DNA from: Callorhinchus milii
Taxonomy: Eukaryota
DNA length: 64,000 nt
Assembly: GCF_018977255.1 (NCBI RefSeq)
Contig: NW_024704742.1
Coordinates: forward strand, 65,598,001-65,662,000
Direction of reading: 5' to 3'
Below the pieces are notes generated by a model, which saw only the letters and a program-made list of their open reading frames with translations, ran no database searches and was not told where the DNA came from. A program made the translations under genes and the position numbers. Positions 49,591 to 61,190 of the stretch are shown one piece after another. Numbering within the stretch: position 1 is the first letter of the stretch; each line of letters starts with the position of its first letter.

Positions 49591-51748
49591 GAAATCGATA
49601 AGTACAGAGGGATCTCGCTGATTTCAATAGCTCTTAAAGTCGTGCTTCAGGTAGTCAATGCACGTGTATCACATGCAATGCAGGCTCGTGCTTTGATCAG
49701 GAAGGAACAGGCTGGTTTCCATTCTCGTGAGGAATGTGTGGGACAGGTTGTGGCTTTATATGAGATCGTAGAGTATCGTAAGGTTGAGAAGAAACCCACC
49801 TATGTTGTGTTCTTCGACTTTTGCAAGGCTTTTGACCTAGAATCTCATGGGCCCCTCATGATGAAACTGGAAGCCATAGGAGTACATGGCCGAATCCTGG
49901 ATTTTATCCGGAATGTGTACTCCAGCTCCAAGATCCGTGTAAGGGTCGACAGTGGCCTTACGGAGTCCATCCCTCTGGAAAGGGGATAAGGCAAGGCTGC
50001 CCATTGTCACCCATCCTGTTTGATGTGTTCATCAATGATGTGTTGGAATGCATCAAGGGGGCAGGACTTGGTGTATCTGTTCCAGGCCTCTCTGATGGGA
50101 TTGCAGCATTTCTGTTTACAGATGATATTGTGTTGCTGGTAGACTCACCTGGGGTCCTTCTGCACTGCACCCGCCATCCCACCACTGGGCCAACTGGTGG
50201 CACATTGTGTCATAGTTCTGCACCGCCCAAGGGAAGACATCGAGGGAATTGATTGGAAGATACAAGGGCCTTTAGTCCCAATCATTGACTCTTATCGATA
50301 CCTTGGGGTCATGGTGACACCAACTTTAGCCTGGACACTGTCCTGAAGGACTGCACTGAGAAGAGGCGAAGGGCACTTGGTCGTACTCATCCCTCTTCAA
50401 GAACAGCAAGGTCCCAATGCAGGTCAAGTTTGTGGCTTACAAGACCTTTGTGGAAACAGTCTTCCTTTATGGATGTGAGCTCCTGGGGATGCAGCGGAGA
50501 GGCTTCCTCCGACACATCTGCAAAGTCCAGGATCAAGCAGTAATCAAGCAAACATAGAAAGCAGCTACAGGGAGGGAGGGCTACCGGCCTGTCGCTAAGC
50601 ACCCTGGAGGCAGAGGCGGTTTCACAGCGGGCATGTCTATTTGTCAAAGCCCCTCACATGAGGATTTGGATTGAGCAGCTGATGCTGAGTAAGCCTGGTT
50701 TGCGGCATTGAACATGGATCTCAAGAACATCAGAAGGCGTCTTGTAAAAGTCTGCCGATCACGTTGAAGGCAGATATCCATTATATAGCTGATGAGGAAT
50801 CTCTGAGACGTAGGGCCACGGCTGTTGGAAGGCGTTACCTGGAGTCCAAGTTTCTGAATACACGTTCATATGTCTGGAATCCACCTTGATTGGCCTGCAG
50901 AGAGGCAAGCAACTACTGCTTCAACTCTTAAACTCTGCACCTCCAATTGGTGGAACGATTGCTCAATGGGAAGGGATGGTGCTCGAGCTGCAGACATGAA
51001 GACGGTGAAAATGCTCTCGCACCTTTCATCCTGAGCTGTGTTGCCCACCGGGAAGTTAGCAGAGAGTTTCTTTTACCTACCATCAACCTAGTGAGGCTCA
51101 AACCCATGTTTGTCGGATGTTGAACCACCAACTAGTGACTATCCACTTCAGGAGGGAGGTAAACAGGGTCTCCTTGGAGCTGAACTGGCTCTAAGGTGAC
51201 ATGCCTGGCAATAGAATGTCGGAATCGAGCCAGGCCTCTGTGGTGGTCTTGGTAGTCCAGTTCCTGAGCCAGGCGGGTCCACAGTATTCCAGGGAATTGC
51301 TGCCTGCCAGCCTGGCTCATCGGCAGAACCTGGAAGGACAGACCAGTCACTGGGGGCAGAGAATCATCCCACTCAGCTCCTATTAACCCTGCCAAAGCCC
51401 TAATGGGTAGGGTGGACCTAGCTGGACAAGCAACAGGAAAGCTTGCCAGACAGCAGTATGAATGACAAGCTATGAGAATTTAGCTGGTTAGACTCCCAGC
51501 AGTACCTCAACACACAGTCTGGGGTCCCCAAGTCTTGGCTCTTGCCATCCTGTGCTTAATACCTTCCGGAATTAGGTAACCAGGATGTGTCCCTCCAGGG
51601 AGAGAGAGCGCATTCCATTCCAACAATCTATCTCTGTGATTTCCTTGTGTCGATGGGATGCATGGAAATCTCATCTTGGTTTGGATACTCTTAAGCACGG
51701 TGATGGATTTCCCTGTGTGTCAAGCCACTGGCTGAACAAAAAAAAAAA
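49591..51748 (+). mobile_element. 5'-truncated, decayed non-LTR retrotransposon of non-L2/CR1 type
   Basis: YRGISLISIALK, EQAGF..REECVGQV, FFDFCKAFD, a frameshift, then RQGCPLSPILFDVFIND, FLFTDDIVL, YRYLG, YGCELLG, a CxxC..ILSC zinc-knuckle remnant (50980-51039), 3'UTR and A11 tail (51738-51748). Confidence 0.9.
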
Positions 51749-51909
51749 TTGTTCAAAAGCCACCTACGACCTGGCTTCACCCTACTTCTGTAAGTTCTTG
51801 TGAACCTACTGCACTCCTTCCTTCCATAATTCTCCATCCCACCATCAGTGGGCGAACCTTCAGTCACACTGCCCCACTCTGGAGCTCCATCCTTGAGTCC
51901 CTCCAATTT

Positions 51910-52335
51910 AATAATAACAATAATCCTTGCATTTGATATAGTGCTTTATCATGTCATTGAGATGTCTCAAAGTGCTTCACAGGATATACTGTAAAGTGGA
52001 ATGACTGTATTTTGTGAGCGAAATGCGGCAGACAATTGCGCACAGCAATGTCCCACAAACAGCATGGAGTGAGTGACCAATATTATTTGGGGGATTGTTG
52101 GCTAGACCACTGAGAGAAAAACTCCCTTCTGGTTTCGAATAGTGCTTAAAGACTATTGGTTTAACGTAGAATCCAAAGGATGGCACCTCCAACAATGCAA
52201 CTTCCCCCCCGCCCCCCACTCCCAACAGCCCCAGCACTGCATGGGAGTGTCAACTTAGACTATGTGATTCCGAGTCCCGATGTGGGGCTTGAACCCACAA
52301 CTTCTGACTCAGAGTGCTTCCACTGAGCCAGGCTG
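51910..52335 (-). mobile_element. DeuSINE family B, full length
   Basis: Same structure as 41044-41505. Confidence 0.85.
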
Positions 52336-52934
52336 AGAATTTGCCTTCAAATCCCACTTTAAAGATCTATCTCTTCGACCATATCTTTATCCACCTTTCC
52401 CCTCTCCTCCCTGGTTCCCAGTCAATTATGTGAATTTGACTTCCTGACAATGCGAGGCACTATAACAAAGTATCGCTATTAAACTAGGACACAACAGATT
52501 TCTTTCATATTAAAAAAAATCACAAAAACAAAATAAATACTTCATCAAAACGGGGTCAGACTGTAATGAGAATCCAATCCGGAAACAATTTTTTCCCCCA
52601 TGCTACATTCTTTTTTAAGGAAAAATGAGCAACCTCCTGAAGTGTCCTCTGGCTATTCAGTGTTACCTCATATGTCTGTGTAAAATAATCACATGTGCGA
52701 TGTACGAAGCCTCAGCATCTCTAGAGGCCTTCCCTGTTGTTTTCTCAGCACAAAAGTACACACTTGTGCAATTTTTAAAATATCTCCAATTATATGCAAC
52801 TGGGACAACAAGTTGCCTCTTGGCTCATTTTAGATCACGTTGACATGGCAATGTCATTGCGCTGAAGCAGAGGCTATAGTAGAACTCACTGCTTGCTTCC
52901 CCAAAAGTCCTCTGTGTAAAAGCATCCTCCCAGG

Positions 52935-53095
52935 ATTTAGCACCAAGTCATCCAGACTAGGTTTGAATGCCAGTCTGTGCTGACTTAGCTGATCTCAGTC
53001 ATGGCAGCAGTTTGGTGCACTGATATTGGTGTCCCTATGCCAAGGGTTCACTGCTCCTGATTGCTGTCCAGGGATCAGTGCTGGAAGTGCAAACA
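52935..53095 (+). mobile_element. Old AmnSINE2-like SINE remnant
   Basis: GTCTGTGCTGACTTAGCTGATCTCAG..CTGCTCCTGATTGCTGTCCAG..TGCTGGAAGTGC. Confidence 0.6.
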
Positions 53096-53129
53096 TTTGG
53101 AGGCTCAGCAGAGGCAAGGCACCTTTGCA

Positions 53130-54115
53130 ATACAACAACAACTTGCACTTATATCACGTCCTCCACGCAGGCAGGGTAGCATCTCAGAGCATTTAACAGT
53201 GGTGGAGCCTGACTCCGAGCCAAGGGAAGAGGGTGGTGGCCGTAAGCACGGTCGAAGAGGAGAGTTTTCAGGCAGGACTTGAAAGAGGGGAAAGCAGGGG
53301 CAAGGCGGAGAGATTGAGGGAGAGTGTTCCAGAATTTTGGGGCGTAGTGGCTGAAAACACGACCTTTGATGGTGGGGGGAGGGTGCGAGGAATGAGCAGG
53401 AGGCCGGTGCCAGTCGAGCGGAGGCACCAGGTGGTGGATTGGGGAGTGAGGAGGTTGGAGAGGTAGGGAGGTGCCAGTGTGTGAATGTATTTGAACATGA
53501 GTGTGAGGATCTTGAAGTTGATCCATTCTGTGATGGGGAGCCAGTGAGCCTGGCCAGAACTGGTGAGATGTGGTACAGAGTTTGTTTCAGGTCAGTATGC
53601 GGGCGGCAGAATTTTGAATGAGCTGGATCTTGTGAATGGTAGAGCTGTGGAGACCGGTGAGATGTGCGTTGGAGTAATCCAAGCGGGAGGTGACAAACGC
53701 ATGCACAAAGGTTTTGGCTGCATTTGGGAATACACTGATAAGTAAAGCAGCAGTGGTAGACTCCCTGGGTTGTCTCAAGACCTTCCTCTTTGACCGTGCC
53801 TTTGGCCTCCAGCTTTTCCCTTGTCCCCTCCGCTCCACCATCGGTGACTGCGCTTTCAGACACCACGCCCTGAAGCTTTGGAACTCTCTCCCTCAATCCT
53901 TCCGCCTTGCTCCCTCCTTCCCCTTTTTTTAGATCATGACTGAAGACCTTCCTCTTCGACCGTGCTTATGGTCACCTCCTCCCTCAGCCCGGCTCGGTGT
54001 CAGGCTCCAAGACACTACCCCGCGTGACGGGCACTATATAAATGCAAGCTATTAGTGCCTTGGGACATCCTCCTGACATGAAAGATGCTATTTAAATGTA
54101 AACATGTTATTATTG
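53130..54115. mobile_element. Two head-to-head L2 3' fragments (- then +)
   Basis: SRLDYSNA and FKSCLKTLLF on minus; KTFLFDRAF and tail on plus. Confidence 0.8.
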
Positions 54116-54404
54116 TCATCCCTCTCATGTACTTTATCTACATTATTGTTCAGGAACGGCATAAGAATTAAAAGCCTATTCTCTCTCTCTTACGCTCTCA
54201 ACCTAGGAATGATCCATAATATTCATGGGAATCAAAGAGAGGGAGAGAGAATTATAAAGGGTAAAAGTTTAAAAAAAAAGCTCAGTATATTAAGGAGGTA
54301 TCTGTGATGTACAGAAGTTAGCAAGTGCATTAAAATTTTGAGTAGGAAAACCAGTGAAGGAAGTAAGGCCCATAGTGTATTGGTTTGAGCACTCACTGTT
54401 TGAA

Positions 54405-55092
54405 CAGTGCCACCTCCATAACATGACTCGGCTCCGCCACTGCCTCACCCCTCAGGCCACCAAAACCCTCATCCATGCATTCATCACATCTAGGCTAGAC
54501 TACGCCAACTCCCTGCTTGTCGGCCTTCCCAACTCTTCCCTCCATAAGCTGCAGATCATCCAGAACTCTGCAGCTCATGTCCTCTCCCGCACCAGGCTCC
54601 ATGACCCCATCACCCCCAGCCTTGCCTGGCTCCACTGGCTTCCCATCCCCCAGCGGATCAAGTTCAAATCCTTGACCTCACCTTCGAGGCCCTCCATGGC
54701 CTTGCCTCTTCCTACCTCTCTGACCTGCCAGCTCACCCAATATCTGCTTGTCCACTCCCTCCACTCAGCAGGCCTGTTCCACATCAGCCTGCTCAGCCTG
54801 CTTCACACTCCCTGCCTGACCCGCCCCACCATCGGCAGTCAAGCCTTCACCCCCTCTGCCCCCACCCTTTGGAACTCCATCTCACATTCCCTTTGCCTCG
54901 CCCCCTCCCTTGCCTCCTTCAAGGCACATCTCAAGAGCTTCCTTTTCAACCGTACCTTCGGCCACCCTCCTACCCTCCCTGGCCTCCATCCTCACTGATC
55001 CCAAACCCCCTGCTCAGGTCCAAATCCCTGGCTGTCCAGTGCCTTGGGACGTACTCCCGACATGAAAGGCGCTATACAAATGTAATTTTGTA
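54405..55092 (+). mobile_element. L2 3' fragment
   Basis: HAFITSRLDYANSLL, LHWLPIPQRIKFK and tail. Confidence 0.88.
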
Positions 55093-58000
55093 TTGTGTAG
55101 TATTGTATATTTTGTGGGCGAAACATGGCAGCCAGTTGCACACAGCAGTTGTCCCACAAACAGTCATTGATTGAATAACCAAATTATTATTATTTTATTT
55201 TATTGGGATACGAAGGACACCACAAGGCACACTCTTTGTGTGCAGTCAATAACTTGTACCTGAGCTGTTTTATATAAAAAAAATTGATTTGACCTCCAGA
55301 CAAAATTTTAATTGCTCTGCTTGGAGGTTAAGTAGCATCTTTGACATGGATCCAATGCAGCTCTGACCGTCTCTCCCAGCCTTCTGGCAACATCTTTCTT
55401 TTGATCAGCCGGTGTCTGACACGCATGGAAACCCATTAGCGTGTCTAAGAGTATCCAAACCAGAATGAGAATTCCATATATGTGTGCAGAGTCCTGTAGC
55501 TCAGTGGTTAGAGCGCTCGGCTCGCAAGTGAGAGGCCTGGGTTCAAATCCCTGTCTGCCTGAGAGGTGCTATATGTTGTTGTTGTTGGTTTTTCCAATTC
55601 GCTGCCATTTCCCCACACCCTTTTGATATTCTTCTTCAAATTCTAACTGTATGGCCGAGAAAAATGTAGCAAAGGGAGACGAAGGAGAACAAGCAAAACT
55701 TTTAATCTATTCCAAATTAACCTTGTACCAGATCAGATTTACTGGCAAATGCTAAATATTGTCAACTTAAATGAGTGGTGTAGGATGAGGCAAGGAATGT
55801 CAGGCCGATTTCTGAAGATTTACATGATTTTATGGCACAACAAGAAATCTGGTGTGTGTACAAATGCCGTAACAAATTCTTTACTGACCTATCCCATTTG
55901 GAAATATAATGCTCTCCAGGGAGTGTCTTTGCTGCAAAGTCACAAGGGTAGAAGTCATGGAAAAGACAGCACAGAAAGTGGCTATTCAGCCCATCAAGTA
56001 CCAGCACTCCCCACTGCAACTAATAACTCAAATCCTAATTCCCTGCTCCTTCCCCATGCCATACCCATTATATGGTTCCTTTTAAGATGTCTATCCAGTT
56101 TAAATACATGATCCTGAATTTGTACCCCCCTTGTTACTAATTCAACAACCAATGGAAATAATCTTTCACTATTTATCTGGCCAAAACCTTTCAGAATTTG
56201 GAAGACTTCTCTCAGATACGCTCTTATTCTACTCCATTATGGTGACAACAAACCCAATTTTTTTTAAGAGCCTTTCATCTTATTTATAACCTGTCATCCC
56301 TGCTGACATCCTCGTGAACCTATGCTGGAACCAATCCATGTCTCTGAGCCTGTGAAGGAGACAAGTATAAATAACCCAGTCTGTGTTGGATTACAGACTG
56401 TATGGGGCAGTCAATTCCAGATATTGTTTTAATGTGTTTTAAATATCAACATTTGCACTGTTCACATTTTACCACAGCGAAGTTGCTCGTCTGAAATACT
56501 GGAAGTAATTTCAGGTGAAACTATGGGGTTTCACAATAATAACAACAATCCTTGCATTTGAGATAACGCCTCATCACATCCTTGAGATGTCTCAAAGCGC
56601 TTCACAGAATATATTGTGAAGTGGACTGACTCTGTATTTTGTGGACGTACCAATGCCTTGATGTTATTCCAGGCAGTAAAACTACAAGATCCATAGTAGA
56701 TAGGGATTTAGTTTGTCTCTCTTTTTGTGGCAAACCAAGGTTACATCTTCATTGATGTGTATATTTATTTGTAAATATATATTATACTCAATTTGCAAAA
56801 GGGAATCTTATTTCCAGTACTTTTAATTAAGAAATCAAATGAACCTCGTGGCACCGAATTGAACCTTATAATGAACTGCAATTAGATTGTTTGAATGCAA
56901 ATAGATTAGACTAGGTTGTGTATGTAAACAGATAAAATAATAATCTTTGCATTTGATATAATAATTCTTACATTTGAAATAGCACCTAATTACTCATTGA
57001 GACATCTCAAAGCACTTCACAATATTTTAAGGTAAAATATATTGTGTATTTGTAGGCAAACACAGCAACCAATTTGAACACAGTAACATCCAACAAACAG
57101 CCATGAAGTGAATGTATTGTTGGCCCGGACACCAGGAGAAACTCCTTTCTCTTTTCAAGTAGTGTCATGGGATCCTTAACGTCTACTTTGAGGCATCGCA
57201 ATAACGTCACTAAGGCAATATATCAAATGCAAGTATTATTATTATGAACTGAACAAGCAAACGGGACCTTGGTTCAACAACCCATCTGAAGGAACGTGCC
57301 TATGACAAATGCAGCTTTTCCCCAACACTACATTGGAATGTCAGCCTAGACTGTAAATTCAAAATCCCGATTTGTGGGACATTGCTGCAGAGAGCAAATT
57401 GACTGATGTGTGTCTACAAATACAGTCCATGTGCATGGCAGTAAATCAAGTGAAGCGCTTTGCGATGTTTCTACAATATCATATACCAAATGTAAGGATT
57501 ATTATTACAAAGTTAGATGTATGCTAATTAGACTGTGTTTTTATATGCCTATTATATTTTGCATGTATTTATTATAATTAATTATTATACATTAGATTGT
57601 AATCAGATTGCAATAATAATAATCCTTGCATTCGATATAGCGCCTTATCATGTCTTCGAGATGTCTCAAAGAGCGTTGCATGATATACTGTAAAGTGAAA
57701 TGACTTTTTTTGTATGTATGTGTCTATGATATAAGTTGGGATATCTATAAGGATTACAAAAACTGGTGAATCATAATAGGACTATGATTTATGGATCATG
57801 CTAATTTAGTGTAGATTATAGATGAATAAACCCTCATGTGGAGCGCTGAGGGCGATGCCACCAGCAGGAGTCACGACCTTGAGGAGAAATGTCTGCAAAG
57901 CAGTGGCCACATAGATTCCCAGAGAGAATGTGCCACTGTTCATTATTAACAAGAATCTCAATAGCCAATTTGTTTTCTTCTCAAAGGACAGTGTGCGTCT

Positions 58001-58809
58001 TTTCAATTTTAGAATTGTGTTCCCCTTTCTCCTGTCAATCACTCCCCTCCCATTTGCATTTGGTACTGAATAATTCTCTGTGGAGCTAATATCAGTTCTA
58101 CACTATTCAATCCACGGCTGTTTGTGGGACACTGCTGTATGCAATTGGCTGCGGCATTTCGCCCACAAAATAGTCAATTCACTTTAGAGTATATTATGGG
58201 AAGTGCTTTGAGATGTCTCAACGATGTAATAAGGCACTATATCAAATACAAGGCATATTAGTAGTATTTATTATATCAAACTGCAACTCCTGGCGAGTGC
58301 GCCATCCGATAAAAGCATAAGCGCAAATCTGCCTCATAATTCTTATGGTTTTGATAAGTGTCTGCTGCTGTCAGGGAGGGCTGCTAGCACTGTGTACAGA
58401 TCCTCTTTAATGGGCTGCTTCACTTTAAACATTCGACACTGAGGAAGCCGCAGTGGCACAAGGACTGACAGGCCTCGCAATGTCGCTTCCCAGCTTTGCT
58501 CTTTCCTCTCCCAGCATTCCCTTCATGACCACCTACAATCTGGGTTTTGTGCTGCTCAAAGTGACAAATGATATTCTGCTTGTCCAGCTACTTTGAGATG
58601 ATCTACAGAACAGCAGGATGCAGTATCGGTAATATTATTCCCAAGTCCTGTATCGTAGTGGTTAGCGCACTCGCCTCACAAGCGAGAGGAGCCAGGTTTG
58701 ATTCCCAGGCTGGGCAAAACCTTAGGCAAGTTTCCTTACTCCACATGCCTCCAGAACCCGGTTATTAGTTAATTGACGGATTGCATTTCCAGGGGTTTTC
58801 CAGACAATT

Positions 58810-59400
58810 AGTCAGGACATCGATGGTCTTGGGAGTCGAGAATGAAATCAGAGAGATAGAGTTGGGAGTCATCCGAATATATGTGGATATTGCCCCCATG
58901 CCTGTGGATGACAAGGCCTAGCGGGAGCATATATAGATTGAAGAGGAGGGGACCAAGGACAGAGCCCTGAGGGACGCCACATGTGACAGTGCGGGGACTA
59001 GAGGAAAAGCTGTTGTTGGCCACAAAATGCAGACGGTGAGAAAGATAGGATTATAACCAGGCCAGAACAGAACCATTGAGGTGGAGGTGAGAGAAGAGGT
59101 GGTGGAGAAGAGTGGTCAACAGTATCGAAAGAGGCCGAGGGGTCGAGAAGACAGAGTAGCTGGACAAGCAGAATATCATTTGTCACTTTAACCAGGGCTG
59201 TCTCTGTGCTGCGAGCAGCACAAAACCCAGACTGGAGGTGGCCATGAAGGGAATGCTGGGAGAGGAAAGAGCAAAGCTGGGAAGCGATAACTCATTCCAT
59301 GACCTCTGACAGAAAAGGAAGGTTTGAAATGGGGGGTGGGGGTAGTTGAAGAGCAAAGATGGGTCAAGAGAAGGTAGGGATGATGACAGCTGTCTTTAGG
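58810..59400 (-). mobile_element. L2 RT fragment
   Basis: [34 protein letters not shown]. Confidence 0.85.
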
Positions 59401-59770
59401 GATATCGCTGCGATGCCAGTGGATGATTATAACTTCTAAGATCCTCTTCTCTTCTGGACTTCTCCCAATAAACATGGGATTATATAGGACTACAAAAGAC
59501 CACTTCAGTTCATCCAGCTGGTAACCATCACCCACCCCCCCCATCCCCCCGCCCCCACACATACAAAATCAGTATCCGCTACCACAGATACTCTATGTAG
59601 TTCATTTCATATATTCACCACGCTCTGTCTAAAGTATCTAAATCTGAACCCTCCAGTCACCTTCCTTCTTCTACCAATATAATTCTACTCACAAGATCAA
59701 AAGAGAGATTAAAAGTTATTTGGCCCATTTTACTGAATCTCTCCACCACGCCTTCACATCACCCTGTCAA

Positions 59771-60087
59771 GGGAGTCCTGTAGCTCAGTGGTTAAAGCAC
59801 TCGCTTTGCAAGCGAGAGACCTGAGTTCAATTCCAGGCAGGGCGAAACCTTGGGCAAGTTTCCTTACTCCACACGCCTAATAATAATCCCTCCAAAAACC
59901 CAAAACAATAATAAATTGGTCATTTTCAATCTACGACTGTTTGTGGGACATTGCTGTGCGCAATTGGCTGCCGCGTTTGCCCACAAATATACAGTCAATT
60001 CACTTTACAGTGTGTTCTGTGAAGCGCTTTGGGACGTCCTCCCGACGTGAAAAGTGCTATATCAAATGCAAGGATTATTATTATTAT
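59771..60087 (+). mobile_element. SINE family A, young full-length reference copy
   Basis: tRNA-like head (A box TAGCTCAGTGG, TGC anticodon-like loop, B box GTTCAATTC), Deu domain, L2-type tail, (TTA)n. Confidence 0.9.
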
Positions 60088-60204
60088 AAGGTGTTTCTTA
60101 AATAGTTCCAGCCTCAATTACGTCTTCCTAAAAATTCATTCTGATTTAAGACTAAATCTAAGAATTAAAATTCTGCATGGCCTTAAAATATAAATTGGAT
60201 TATT

Positions 60205-60405
60205 GTAGCTGGACAAGCAGTGGGAAGCTAGCCAGACAGCGCTCATAATAGCAAGCTCTGCGGTTTTAGCTGGTTAAGACTCCATTAGTACACTACATTC
60301 TACGGTCACCAAACCATGGGTCTTGCCAACCAGCACCTAATACTGGCTGGAATTAAATAAGCAGGGTGTGTCCCTATGGGGAGAGAATACACATTCCAAT
60401 CCAGA
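60205..60405 (+). mobile_element. 3'UTR fragment of the atypical non-LTR element
   Basis: AGCTGGACAAGCAGTGGGAAGC..TTTAGCTGGTTA..GTGTCCCT, aligns with 51420-51620. Confidence 0.7.
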
Positions 60406-60971
60406 AGGCTAAATCCTTTCCTTCTTTGTTTTTAACATGCATTTGTAAAATAGAAATGTTTTTTTAGAAGGTGTTTTACATGAAATTATATGACATTGAG
60501 GATGATAATTTCATGTAATTGGAAAATGTGAACTCAGAGAAATCTAAAAGCGCTCTGGGACCCTACCCTGTGGGAAGGGTGCTTTATAAATGCAAGTTAT
60601 TGTCGTCGTTGTATCACCAGTCAAGAGCTGCAGATTCAATGTTAATGGTCAAAATCTTTTCTGAATATAAGAAGTTAAAAAGCATAGCATCTGTAAGCAG
60701 CCTGAGATGGAGCAACGTCATCCTCATGCAACATGAAAATATGTTACGCAGACATCAGCTGTTGTAGACACCATCATCAGCTACAATATCAACCGTGAAC
60801 AACACGGCTGCTAAATCTGGAGAAGCAACAGAGGAAACAGGAGGAGGCCATTCAGCCCATCGAGCCTGTTCCACCAGTTTATTAGATTTTCTCACTTTTT
60901 AATCCTATTGCTATCTTTCACTATCTCCCTTAGTACGTCTACCACCCAAGTATCTGTGTATATGTCTTTTA

Positions 60972-61190
60972 ATCAACAGGCATGTTTTTTTTTGGTCAGC
61001 TATGTGTCTGACACACGCGGAAACCCATCACCATGCTTAAGAGTATGCAAACCAAACTGAGAATTCCATGAATTTCATGTGTAGGTTGGAGGCATGGAAA
61101 TCTCAGCTTGGTTTGGATACTCTTAAGCATGGTCATTGGTTTCCGCATGTGTCAGACACACAGCTGATCAAAAAAAACATCCCCGTTGAT
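60972..61190. repeat. ~99-bp inverted repeat made of two 3' ends of the atypical LINE
   Basis: Arms 60972-61070 and 61093-61190, about 10 substitutions and 1 indel, 22-nt spacer. Confidence 0.9.

Noticed and set aside
57806..58042. Minus-strand ORF considered as the upstream NAT8L exon
   Set aside because: No similarity to the expected DMADIEQYYMKPP exon; no such exon was found in 40.8-64 kb, so it probably lies outside the window
59771..59845. tRNA-like sequence with a TGC loop
   Set aside because: It is the head of a multi-copy SINE and continues into the Deu domain; not a tRNA gene
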